DNA of 39,664 bases from a virus (lineage: Duplodnaviria; Caudoviricetes), in the IMG/VR virus record IMGVR_UViG_3300036805_000102, positions 1 to 39,664 of that record; one strand, given 5' to 3'. Both the position numbers and the translations under genes were made by a program. The notes below the pieces were generated by a model. It was not told the origin of the DNA. It saw nothing but the letters and a program-made list of their open reading frames with translations, and did no database searches. Shown here one piece after another: positions 24,927 through 34,558 of the stretch; the stretch's first letter is position 1; each line of letters opens with the position of its first letter.

Positions 24927-27900
24927 TGGGCGACGAGCAGCAGTACAAACGGGAACCGAACGGCAATCGATTTCAGATGAGCGGCATCAGCACGGTGCTG
25001 CCTGTCGATATGATGGCGGGGAAGTACCCATATCTGCAGAACGTCCGCTCGTATCTCGGCGGCCGCATGACCGCGCGCGCAACGCAGGCAGACGCGGTGC
25101 AGACGCTTGGCGCTGCGGTTCATTCTCTGCGCAGACTGAATGACACGACGCCGCTTGGGCCTCCTTCCGGCTATGCCCTGATCGGCGGAGCCGGGGACGG
25201 GCTCTACAAGGACAGCACGGAGGTAGCGACCGGATTGAGCGGGAACCCGTTTGCTCTGGTGCCGTTCCGGCCCAACAGCAGCCCTGAGCCGTGGATGTAC
25301 ATTGCCGATGGGTCTCAGGCTACACACATCATCAACCCGGCTTTTGACGCGGCCGGGATGCTCAAGGTGCGTGCCGACGGGTTGACGTACAAGATGGGCG
25401 TGAAGGAGCCGCAGGACGCTCCAAACGTGGCCACAGAGACCACCACGGTAAGCGGAGCGGTGAGCGTGCTTGGGACAGCGCGGCCGTGGTCGAATGTTGC
25501 CGGTCAAAACCCGACCTTTGGCTACGGCGACAATGGCAACGGCACTGGACCCACGGTGATCGCTACGCCGATCACGGGAGCCTCTGTGACCGTCACGGCA
25601 ACCGGCACGGCGAGCATCAGCGGCACGCCGCATTCGCCGGGAGATGCAGGGCCTGCGGGCGCATCCAACCCCGGACAGTTCATGGGCGGATCATGCGCGA
25701 TGCTCTGCGGCGCATGGACCGACAACGCCGGGAACGTGATCTCTTCCGGTGCGCTCTCGATTGGAGCCGGAACAACGCTGCTGGTGCCTGCAGGCGCGGC
25801 GCAACTGCAGCTCGGCGTAGACGGGACGGGTGGCAGCTTCTCCGGCAACAGCGGCAGCTTCACTGTCAGCTATCAGATCGTCACGAGCCCGGTGACGACC
25901 AAGGTTTCGACCTTGGGAGAGGTTACAGCCTACTATTGGGGCGACTCGCCGCATTCCGGCCCGGTCGCTGCCTACATCTGGAAGAACGCCGGTGACTCAG
26001 GCGGCTCCGGCCCGGTGCGCGATATCTCGACTGCCTCCGGATCGACCACCAATAACTCATTTCTCTTCGACACCACGCCTTCGAATCCCAACTCGGCGAT
26101 GACGTGGGATGTTCTGGACGAGAGCGGAGCCACGGTCGGACAGAACGTTGTCTTCTCTCCAGCGCTTGAGAGCAACGGCTATCAGGATTTCAATATGTGC
26201 ATCGTCGGGAACCTGTTCGTTCCCGGACCCGGCACCTACAGCTTCACAGTCACCTCGAAAGACAATGTGATGTGGGGCATTGGAAACAACGCATCGTGGG
26301 CAGGGAAGGGAACCACCTTCGGCGCTCTTGGTCAGAATCAGACTGTCGTCAGCAGCCTGCCCCTGTTGCCAGCTCCCACCATCAGCGGCGAAGGGGCGGC
26401 AACGACCAGAACGGTTTCGGTTACGTTTCCCGGAGCTGGCGTCTATCCGATTGAACTGGACTACGATTACTGGTTTCACTCCGGGCGCACGCTTACGCTG
26501 ACCTGCGATGGCGATGTGATCCCCCCGATCTCGGGAAGCGTAAAGACGGATGTCTCTTACGTCTATGTCTATCGCTCGTCGCTGACGGGTGCGACCTCGA
26601 ACCCATCGCCACAGTCTCCGCTGCAGTCGATCCCGGCCATTGCGAACACGATCACTCCGGAGTGGTCTCCCGATCCACAGGTGGATAAGGTCGATTTCTA
26701 TCGCATGGATTCCGGTCTCGATAACTACACCTATGTGGGGACTGGACCGAACACCAATCCGCCAACGCCGTTTACGGACACGCTGCTTGACGCGGATGTG
26801 ATCGGCAACCCGATCCTTCAGGTCGATAACTACGAACCGTTTCCTTCGATTGACATGCCGAAGAGCGGAGTCGTGAATGTGATTGGTGGCGTTGTGACCT
26901 GGGTCTCCGGTGACCAGTTCAATACTCGCTGGCTTCCGGGAACCATCATCAATATCGGCGGTATCGCCTACACGCTCTACAACCGGCCATCTTCAGCCAC
27001 GGCGCTACTCGCGGTCGATGTGGCCGATGGCCTCGGACTGGACTACGAGATTGCAGAACCGATCTTGGCAGCTCAGCCCATGCCCTCCATGTGGGGCACG
27101 TCCGACAATACGCTCTATGCGTTTGCCTGCGGCGATCCGCTGCGGCCGGGAACGCTCTACTGGTGCAAGGGCAACAACCTCGATTCGGCTCCCGACACGA
27201 ATCAGCAGGATGTAACCTCGCCATCCGAACCGCTCATCAATGGCGTGATCGTGAACGGCGTCGGAATGGTGTTCTCCGCCGAGAACGGATGGATGATCTA
27301 TCCGAACTTCTACTCGGCGCTGGCGACGGTGAATGGAGTCTCCGGCTCGGCGTTCAGCCTGATGCGTTCCGGCGTGACGCGCGGCCTGTACATCCGGCCC
27401 TGTATCTGCGCGGACGGTTCGGGAACCTTCTTCTATCGGTCGAAGGACGGCATCGAAGCCTCGGTAGGCGGCTCGCGTCAGCAGTCTTTGACCGATGACG
27501 ATCTCTTTACCCTTTTCCCGCACGAGGGCTATGTCCCTTCGGCGATTACCATCGGAAGCGCCACGATCTATCCTCCGGATGATTCGCGTCCGGAGATGCA
27601 GAAGCTCAACTATGCGACGGGATATCTTTACTACGATTATGTGGATACGACGGGGACGCCGCGCACGCTGGTCTATGACGTGCAGGGTAAGGGATGGGTT
27701 GTCGATGTCTACCAGTACAGTGCAACATTGCACACGCTTGAGGAGGGACCTGCGGCAAACGATGTTCTCGTGGGCTGTCAGGACGGAACGATCCGACCAC
27801 TCCGGAACGGAGCGGCCGAGACCGGGAACGCGGTAGTTCTGACCGGAGCGATTGACGGAGGAGACTCGCGCGCGAACAAGCGGGTGGGTGATCTCTACTT

Positions 27901-28807
27901 CCGCGCCTCGGTTGTAACCTCTGCTGTGACGGTGCAGCCTTACGCAGAACAGTACGCTACGCTGGTGACCGGATTTGCTCCTTCGTCTCTCGCGCCAGCG
28001 GGGACGCTCAAGCCTTACATCGTGGACTTTGCCAACGGTGACGGCTTGGACGTGAATGACATCGAAGTCGCGCTGACGTGGCCTATCGGGAACACAACCT
28101 ATCTCGATCTCTGGCAGCCGGATTGGACTTACTTCCCGGAGGATACGCAGAACCGGCCAACCGATTGGACCGACATGGGGACAGTCGGGAACAACTTCGT
28201 TCAGGGAATCGTCCTCGAAGCCGACACCTTCGGGAAGCCTAAAGCCATTGCGGTCGAGACCGATGACGGCCGCCTTCACGTACCGGACCAGAGCCCGGTG
28301 ACGTTCAATGGTCAGTCCAAGCAGACGCTCACCTTCACGCCTCCCTTTACCGGCTACATGGTTCGTATCGTCACCACGGACAATGTGCCATGGAGGCTTT
28401 GGCCAACACCCGACTCCGCATGGGTGAAGCAGCCCTATCCGCCTGCGGTGACGGAATGGCAGACCCAGATGTCATCGCTCGGCAATCAGGGGTGGGAACA
28501 TATTCGCGAGATGAATGTCGCCTATGCGTCTACCACGCCGGTGACCATGACACTGCAGTTCGATCCGGGGGCACGGCCGAATTCAATCACCCTGACGCTG
28601 CCCTCCACGGGAGGCCTGCAATCGAAGACGAAGTTCACCATCCCGGTGAACAAGTTCAAGCTGGTGAGTTTCCGCCTGTCCTCTTCCGCGCCGTTCAGTG
28701 TGTGGGAGGAAGACATGGAGTGCAAGGTGGGCGTGTGGGGACGGGAGACGCAGTACCAGAACATCAAGCCCATCGGGGCTGAGAGTGGCGTGGGAGCAAC
28801 GGTATGA
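24926..28807 (+). CDS. large tail protein (nozzle / tubular-B-like) with inserted lectin-like and PA14-like domains
   Basis: 1293 aa; YLQNVR N-terminus, GTLYWCK...DSAP, RTLVYD...W patterns; GNLFVPGPGTYSFTVTSKD...GVYPIELDY is PA14-like. Confidence 0.65.
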   Translation: MGDEQQYKREPNGNRFQMSGISTVLPVDMMAGKYPYLQNVRSYLGGRMTARATQADAVQTLGAAVHSLRRLNDTTPLGPPSGYALIGGAGDGLYKDSTEVATGLSGNPFALVPFRPNSSPEPWMYIADGSQATHIINPAFDAAGMLKVRADGLTYKMGVKEPQDAPNVATETTTVSGAVSVLGTARPWSNVAGQNPTFGYGDNGNGTGPTVIATPITGASVTVTATGTASISGTPHSPGDAGPAGASNPGQFMGGSCAMLCGAWTDNAGNVISSGALSIGAGTTLLVPAGAAQLQLGVDGTGGSFSGNSGSFTVSYQIVTSPVTTKVSTLGEVTAYYWGDSPHSGPVAAYIWKNAGDSGGSGPVRDISTASGSTTNNSFLFDTTPSNPNSAMTWDVLDESGATVGQNVVFSPALESNGYQDFNMCIVGNLFVPGPGTYSFTVTSKDNVMWGIGNNASWAGKGTTFGALGQNQTVVSSLPLLPAPTISGEGAATTRTVSVTFPGAGVYPIELDYDYWFHSGRTLTLTCDGDVIPPISGSVKTDVSYVYVYRSSLTGATSNPSPQSPLQSIPAIANTITPEWSPDPQVDKVDFYRMDSGLDNYTYVGTGPNTNPPTPFTDTLLDADVIGNPILQVDNYEPFPSIDMPKSGVVNVIGGVVTWVSGDQFNTRWLPGTIINIGGIAYTLYNRPSSATALLAVDVADGLGLDYEIAEPILAAQPMPSMWGTSDNTLYAFACGDPLRPGTLYWCKGNNLDSAPDTNQQDVTSPSEPLINGVIVNGVGMVFSAENGWMIYPNFYSALATVNGVSGSAFSLMRSGVTRGLYIRPCICADGSGTFFYRSKDGIEASVGGSRQQSLTDDDLFTLFPHEGYVPSAITIGSATIYPPDDSRPEMQKLNYATGYLYYDYVDTTGTPRTLVYDVQGKGWVVDVYQYSATLHTLEEGPAANDVLVGCQDGTIRPLRNGAAETGNAVVLTGAIDGGDSRANKRVGDLYFRASVVTSAVTVQPYAEQYATLVTGFAPSSLAPAGTLKPYIVDFANGDGLDVNDIEVALTWPIGNTTYLDLWQPDWTYFPEDTQNRPTDWTDMGTVGNNFVQGIVLEADTFGKPKAIAVETDDGRLHVPDQSPVTFNGQSKQTLTFTPPFTGYMVRIVTTDNVPWRLWPTPDSAWVKQPYPPAVTEWQTQMSSLGNQGWEHIREMNVAYASTTPVTMTLQFDPGARPNSITLTLPSTGGLQSKTKFTIPVNKFKLVSFRLSSSAPFSVWEEDMECKVGVWGRETQYQNIKPIGAESGVGATV

Positions 28808-29790
28808 GCACCAACATGTTTTGGCCTGACGTTATCAATGAGACCGGACCAAAGACACACTTCGCTCTCACGATTGCGCAGAACGCGATTCAGGATCACG
28901 AGCGTGCGCTGGTCTCTCTTAAGGAACAGATCGATGCGCTGCAGTCGGGTTCTTCGAGCAGTGGAGGTAGCAGTAGCGGAGGATCGAGCGGCGGCGGCAC
29001 GGTGACGCCTGTAACTCCCACAACACCGACGCTGGGCACTGTAACCATCGTCACGGCCACAAGCTACTTTACGCAGACCTCTGACTATGGCGGAATCGTG
29101 GTCTTCAATAGCGCGACAGCCGTGGCCGTGACCGTCAACTACGCAGTGGCGATGAACTGGTTTGCCACTTACGAGAACATCGGGGCGGGGCTGGTCACGT
29201 TCACGCCGAACAGCGGAACCATCAACGGCGCGGCTTCGCTCAATCTGGTGACAGGGACCGGCTGCGTTATCTACTTCGACGGCATGAACTTCTATGCCTT
29301 CACTGTTCCGACAGGCTTGCTATTGGAGACGAACGGAGCGCCGAATGGAAGTCAATCGCTTCTGAACCTCGTCGAAGGAACCAACGTCACCCTGACCGAT
29401 GACGGTGCAGGCAATGTCACCATCAACGCCACGGGAGGCAGTGGAACGGCTGACCGTGGGCCTCTACAGTCGAACGCGAACGGCTGGTGGTGGGTGTGGA
29501 CAGATGGAGTGATCGAGCAGTTTGGTTCGATCACGATTGCGGCGACGATGAACGAGCAGGCCGCAGGATTGATTACATATCCAACAGCGTTCGCCACTCA
29601 GGTTTTTGCCTTCGAAGCCTACGTCGTAGGGTTGCCGAAACCGGCTTCGACGCGGACGGCCACAGTGCAGTCAAGTACGGTTGGCCTGACGACTTCAGGC
29701 ATCAACCTGCAGTGCAATGTTCCGACCGGAGGCGGAGGCGCGACCTTCGATCAGGCCGTGGTGGTCCAGTGGCGCGCCATCGGTATTTAG
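28804..29790 (+). CDS. tail fibre protein with gp53-like C-terminal domain
   Basis: Coiled N-terminus, Ser/Gly linker, NGWWWVWTDGVIEQFG...ITYPTAF...WRAIG C-terminus. Confidence 0.75.
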   Translation: MSTNMFWPDVINETGPKTHFALTIAQNAIQDHERALVSLKEQIDALQSGSSSSGGSSSGGSSGGGTVTPVTPTTPTLGTVTIVTATSYFTQTSDYGGIVVFNSATAVAVTVNYAVAMNWFATYENIGAGLVTFTPNSGTINGAASLNLVTGTGCVIYFDGMNFYAFTVPTGLLLETNGAPNGSQSLLNLVEGTNVTLTDDGAGNVTINATGGSGTADRGPLQSNANGWWWVWTDGVIEQFGSITIAATMNEQAAGLITYPTAFATQVFAFEAYVVGLPKPASTRTATVQSSTVGLTTSGINLQCNVPTGGGGATFDQAVVVQWRAIGI

Positions 29791-29791
29791 A

Positions 29792-29823
29792 TTTCAAGTT
29801 GCGCACGTAGGCGTTAGACTACA
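29792..29823 (+). promoter_or_regulatory. promoter TTTCAA-17-TAGACT with operator copy 8 (29806-29823)
   Basis: CGTAGGCGTTAGACTACA, 10/12 match. Confidence 0.6.
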
Positions 29824-29841
29824 TTGCGAGGAGCCCTCCCC

Positions 29842-30399
29842 ATGAGCTTTGCCGCGTCTTTGTTTGGCGGTTCGAATCCGACCATCAATAAGCAGATCGA
29901 TCAGCTCGGCAACTTTGCCGGGTCTACGATGGCTACCGGCTTCGGTGATACGAATGCCGCGTCGAACTTCTTCCAATCCCTGCTGCAGGGCGGAGGGGCG
30001 ACCTCGAAGGTCTTGGCTCCGCAGGTGAGCGCGATCCAGAAGCAGACGCAGCAGCAGAAGCAGACCGCCTCTCAGTTTGGCAATCGTTCCGGTGGAACCA
30101 ATTCGCAGATGCAGATGGCGGATGCGTCCGGCCGCGCGAGCTATAACGATCTTGTCTCCAGCCTGCTGGGAACGTCGGCAAGCTCCCTGGCGAGCATCGG
30201 TGGCAATCTGCTGAACACCAGTCTGAGCGGCTATAACCAGCAGTTGAATGCATCGCAACAGCAGATGCAGAACTGGCAGAACAGCATCTTTGGCAAGGGC
30301 ATCTCCGGTGCCATTGGAACCGCAGAGGGCTTCGGCCTCGGCGTGGGCATGAACACTCTTGCTCCGTCTACCTTCGGCACCATGTTCGGGAAGGGATAA
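29842..30399 (+). CDS. putative DNA ejection (pilot) protein 1
   Basis: GAGGAG RBS; Gly/Ser/Gln/Ala-rich with hydrophobic Gly-rich ends; follows tail genes. Confidence 0.6.
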   Translation: MSFAASLFGGSNPTINKQIDQLGNFAGSTMATGFGDTNAASNFFQSLLQGGGATSKVLAPQVSAIQKQTQQQKQTASQFGNRSGGTNSQMQMADASGRASYNDLVSSLLGTSASSLASIGGNLLNTSLSGYNQQLNASQQQMQNWQNSIFGKGISGAIGTAEGFGLGVGMNTLAPSTFGTMFGKG

Positions 30400-30401
30400 G
30401 T

Positions 30402-32072
30402 ATGGGAGCGTTTGACCAAGGATTTGCATTTGGCGCGAGTACGGCGGAGCGTCAGGCCGCCCACAAGCAGGCCTACTCCGACGAGGAGCACGAGACGCTG
30501 CTGAACGGATACAACAACACCATCTCCAATCTGCAGCAGAGGATGGCGACGGTGGGCAACAACAGTCCTGAATATAGCGGACTTCAGAACCAACTTAATC
30601 AAGTTGTCGCTGATCGTACGTCGCTCTTTCATCCGGAGCGGCCGGGAGGAATCGAAAGGCTGGGCAAGCTGCTCTGGTCGCGGGTTCATGGTGAGCCTAC
30701 CGTGACAACCGATCCGACACGCATCGCTGTCGAACAGACTCCGGGTACGCAGGGCACGACGTTGCCGGGGATGGGTGGTGGGCCGAGCGTTACATCGCCA
30801 ACGCTGCCTGCCCTCTCTGTAGCGCGCGACACGCTCCCGAATGCACCGACCGTGATCCCGACCGCAGGCGAGGCGAAGGCGCGGTTCGCGCAGGACCTCA
30901 GCTACGGATTGACGCCGCAGAATCCGCTGCTGCTGTTCAAGAAAAATGTGATGGAGGCGTTACCTCATCTGCAGTCGCAGGACGTAGACAAGATCATGGA
31001 GATTCAGGCCGGACTTGCTCCGAAGCCGGTGATGCTGCGTCCAACTACTCCGCATTGGGTGAATTACAAGCTCCCAGATGGATCGTTCAAGGAATTCAAT
31101 CTGAACGATCAGGGCACGCCGATCCCCGAAGGGGCGACGCCAGTGAGCGCGCAAACCACGCCGCATGAATCCACGGCGGCCCTTGCAACGTATATCCGAA
31201 CGTGGTTCCCAAACGGGACGACGCCGGAGCAGAGGGAGTGGGCGATCAATCGGTTCAAGCGCCTGAATACTCCCGGCTCCACTTCGTCCCACGAACAGAT
31301 TCAGTACGACTCTGATGGCAATCCTCACATCGTCAGATTGAACACGTCCAGCCAAAAGGAATTCTTTGGACCCGATGGCCCTCCCCCTGCCAATGCTGAC
31401 GGGTCGAGCGTTCAGCTTCCCGGTGTTGGCTCTGGAAAGACTGCAACTGTCGCGGCTCCGCTCGCTACTGGAGCCGCAGCGGTCACCACTCTATCCGGGC
31501 AGCCCGTCACTGCAGCGCAATCCGTCACTGCAGCACCCAAGACTCCCGCAGAGGCAAAGAAGCGAGCCTCGGCGGTAAGGAAGAATCCTCAGCAGGCCGA
31601 TACGGCGGCGACCGAGGCGAGTCCCGATCCGCGCCTAGCGGGACTGCATAAGAACACGCCAGCGCAGACGGCGGCCGATAAGAAGGTCGGTGACTTTACG
31701 GCACTCACGAAGCAGGCTGATCTGGCGGAGAAGGCTCCGGAGGACGCAGTAAAGCAGCGTAGCCTTATCCTTGCCCTGATCCGCGCCAGTGCAGGCCGCG
31801 TCAACATGCAGGAGTACGACAGCTATGTGAAGCGGCAGGGTCTCGCCAACACGATTGAGCAGTGGGCGAACAACGCGCAGACCGGCGCGCTCCCGGCCGA
31901 CATCTTCAAAAAGATCATCGGTGTGACGCGGGACTACATGGCTGGCGCGAAGGCTGCGCAGCAGGAGGCCTATAAGAACACCAACGTCAAGGACAAGAAT
32001 GGCAGCGCGGACCCGACCGACATTGATTCCATCGTCAACGCGCTGAACGCAGCTCACGCGAAAGGGAAGTAG
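30402..32072 (+). CDS. putative DNA ejection protein 2
   Basis: 556 aa, MGAFDQGFAFG start, Cys-free, Ala/Thr/Pro-rich. Confidence 0.55.
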   Translation: MGAFDQGFAFGASTAERQAAHKQAYSDEEHETLLNGYNNTISNLQQRMATVGNNSPEYSGLQNQLNQVVADRTSLFHPERPGGIERLGKLLWSRVHGEPTVTTDPTRIAVEQTPGTQGTTLPGMGGGPSVTSPTLPALSVARDTLPNAPTVIPTAGEAKARFAQDLSYGLTPQNPLLLFKKNVMEALPHLQSQDVDKIMEIQAGLAPKPVMLRPTTPHWVNYKLPDGSFKEFNLNDQGTPIPEGATPVSAQTTPHESTAALATYIRTWFPNGTTPEQREWAINRFKRLNTPGSTSSHEQIQYDSDGNPHIVRLNTSSQKEFFGPDGPPPANADGSSVQLPGVGSGKTATVAAPLATGAAAVTTLSGQPVTAAQSVTAAPKTPAEAKKRASAVRKNPQQADTAATEASPDPRLAGLHKNTPAQTAADKKVGDFTALTKQADLAEKAPEDAVKQRSLILALIRASAGRVNMQEYDSYVKRQGLANTIEQWANNAQTGALPADIFKKIIGVTRDYMAGAKAAQQEAYKNTNVKDKNGSADPTDIDSIVNALNAAHAKGK

Positions 32073-32075
32073 GCT

Positions 32076-34421
32076 ATGCCGGACTTGAGCTACGATCAGG
32101 CGATTGACTCCCTGCGGAAGTTGCCGGAAGACAAGCAACGTGAAGCGCTGGGAAGGCTGACGCCGGAGGCGCGCAAGGGCATCCTCGCCTCGCTGCAGGG
32201 TGGCGGGGCTACGGCAACTCCACCCTCTGTTGCAACGCCAGCAGGACTCAAAGAGAAGGCCGCAAATCTGATCGGTCAGGCACAGATCAATCTGCAGAAG
32301 AACACGCAGGACCTTCAGCCTACAGGCGGGTTCCTGCATGATGCAGTTCTCGCGCCTGTCGTACGTCAATTCAATCGGGCCGGTTCGAACCTTGTGGGAG
32401 CCGGTCTCGATTTCGCCAAGAGTGTCGTCACGCCTCCTCCGACAGTCGAAGAGCAGATGCAGCAGGGCGAGCAGGCGTGGAAGAACACATCGCCTGCAGC
32501 GATGGTGGCGAACGCTATCCCACTGCTTCCCGGCGTAGGCTCTCAGGTTCAGCAGGACCTTACTTCCGGTCATCCGGTCGGCGACATCGTTGGAGACATA
32601 GCGACCGGCGCTCTACTGCATGGCGTGGCGAAGACGGCTCCGGGACACGGCTATCAATCTGCCAGCAGTCCGGCTGAGTTTAAAGAGAACGTGCGCAACT
32701 ACGCTCGCAATCAACTCGGCGTGGATGAATCCTTTTCAAAGAACATCGCGCAGAAGTACAGCGCGGAGCAGCAGGGTGTAGAGGCGGCCAACCAGAAGGC
32801 GACGGAGGACACTCTTCGTCAGCGCGGCGCGGTCGAAGAGGCGAACGCGGCCAAACTGAAAGCCCACGCAGAAAAGGTTCGTCAGCGCATCGAAGTCAAC
32901 GCGCAGGCTCTAAAGGATGCACAGGCGAAGCGTCAGCAGGTGGCCGCGCAGAACGCACAGGCAGCGCAGACCCATCAGGAAGCTGTGACCCGAGCCCTGC
33001 AGGAGCGGGAAGCTGCAGAGCATACCGATATGCTGCGAAACGAAGCGCAGAAGAACTACGACAAGGCGACACGGGATTACTTCGAGAACGAGCGGAAGGT
33101 AAAGACTCAGGCCAAGTCTGCGAACGATGAGCAGTGGAATGCGCTTCGAGAGAAGGTCGGAGATGTTCCTATCGACCCATCTGGAATTGCCAGCGCCGTA
33201 GAAAACCAGCGCGCCGCGATCACCACGCCTGAAGAGGCGAAGGTGTTCGACGATCAACTCCGTTCGAAGATGGACCCGCGCGAGGTAGCAGAAGACATGG
33301 GCCTCGCGGAGGAGTACGACAAGCTGACGCCGGAGATGAAATCGCAGGTCGATAAGATGACTTCGACACTCGACAATCTTGGCGGTATGGCTACCGATGG
33401 CAGCGAGCCTCTGACTTTCAATAAGCTGCACGGCATCTACGCGGAGCTGGGAATGAAGCTGTCTCGCGGCGGCCTGCCCGGTCAGGTGTGGCAGGGCCTC
33501 AAGACGCTGCGTGAGAGCATCGGCGGCATGATGCAGACGGTAGCGGATCAGGCTGGAGTCGGTGAAGACCTGAAGCTCGCTCGTCAATCCAACCGCGAGT
33601 ATCAGGAGGCCTTTGGCCGCAAGCCTATCGACCGCATGACGGTGATGGATCAGCGCATGCAGGAGGCGAACCCGGAGGCCTTCAAAGCGCAGCGCGAGCA
33701 GGCTCGGCTTACGGCTCTTGCGAAGATCAGTCCCGATCTGGTGGACCAGCACAATAACGTGCAGGCGGCGCGCGCAGCCACGGAGGGCTTCCCGACGCAA
33801 GAGAGTTTGCGCAGGGGGTTGCCGCAGGCTCCTGATCGCCCACGGGAGGAGCCGCTACCTAAAGGACCCAAGCTGAAGCCGATGCCGTCAGCCCCAACGC
33901 TGGATACCTTCGACCAGCCGAAAGCTTCGACGCCGCAGGCGGAGATTCCTGATCTCTCAGAGGCAGAGCGGAACAAGATTCAGGAGAGCCTGAAGAAGTA
34001 CGGCAAGGCTGGAGCGTGGGTCTTTCGCGTGGGTATCGGCACGGCTCTCGGTTCCGCCCTGATCGAGGGACACAGCATGCAGGGCTTCGGCAGTCAGTAC
34101 ATCTTGGGGGAAGCCGGACTCCAATTGCTTACCCGCGTACTGCAGAAGCCGAGTGTGATGGAATGGCTGTCGCGTCCTTCAGAGGAGACCCTGCGTGCGA
34201 TTGATTCCGTTCGGCCGGAGGATGCCGCAAGGCTCCGCAACGGTCTGACGCAGATGGCGCTGAAGGATATCGAGGACGGACATGCAGCCGCGAAGATCAA
34301 TCCGAAGACGGCGAAGTTCCTCGGCCCTGAGAATATGGCTCTCATCACTGCGGCGATCACTTCGCAGAAACCGAAGAACGCTGGTGATGCGAAGAAGATG
34401 GCGGAGGCGGTTCAGCGATGA
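32076..34421 (+). CDS. putative DNA ejection protein 3
   Basis: 781 aa, Cys-free, long Ala/Gln/Glu coiled coils, last structural gene. Confidence 0.55.
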   Translation: MPDLSYDQAIDSLRKLPEDKQREALGRLTPEARKGILASLQGGGATATPPSVATPAGLKEKAANLIGQAQINLQKNTQDLQPTGGFLHDAVLAPVVRQFNRAGSNLVGAGLDFAKSVVTPPPTVEEQMQQGEQAWKNTSPAAMVANAIPLLPGVGSQVQQDLTSGHPVGDIVGDIATGALLHGVAKTAPGHGYQSASSPAEFKENVRNYARNQLGVDESFSKNIAQKYSAEQQGVEAANQKATEDTLRQRGAVEEANAAKLKAHAEKVRQRIEVNAQALKDAQAKRQQVAAQNAQAAQTHQEAVTRALQEREAAEHTDMLRNEAQKNYDKATRDYFENERKVKTQAKSANDEQWNALREKVGDVPIDPSGIASAVENQRAAITTPEEAKVFDDQLRSKMDPREVAEDMGLAEEYDKLTPEMKSQVDKMTSTLDNLGGMATDGSEPLTFNKLHGIYAELGMKLSRGGLPGQVWQGLKTLRESIGGMMQTVADQAGVGEDLKLARQSNREYQEAFGRKPIDRMTVMDQRMQEANPEAFKAQREQARLTALAKISPDLVDQHNNVQAARAATEGFPTQESLRRGLPQAPDRPREEPLPKGPKLKPMPSAPTLDTFDQPKASTPQAEIPDLSEAERNKIQESLKKYGKAGAWVFRVGIGTALGSALIEGHSMQGFGSQYILGEAGLQLLTRVLQKPSVMEWLSRPSEETLRAIDSVRPEDAARLRNGLTQMALKDIEDGHAAAKINPKTAKFLGPENMALITAAITSQKPKNAGDAKKMAEAVQR

Positions 34422-34558
34422 ATATCGCGAATGGCACCAACAGCCTTCAGGATGCAGACGGCCATGAAGATCGCCCATAGCAGGATCATGCCAGAAGTAT
34501 ACGCTTGCGCTTTTCGAGGGAAGCAACAAAGGCGACCTTCGCCGTGCAAGATTGCACT

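Noticed and set aside
32068-32085. Additional operator before ejection gene 3 (AGTAGGCTATG)
   Set aside because: Half-site only, no CCTACA arm
32076-34421. Tape measure protein
   Set aside because: No tail tube or chaperone genes, no periodic aromatic repeats; position as the last of three genes after the tail fits ejection proteins
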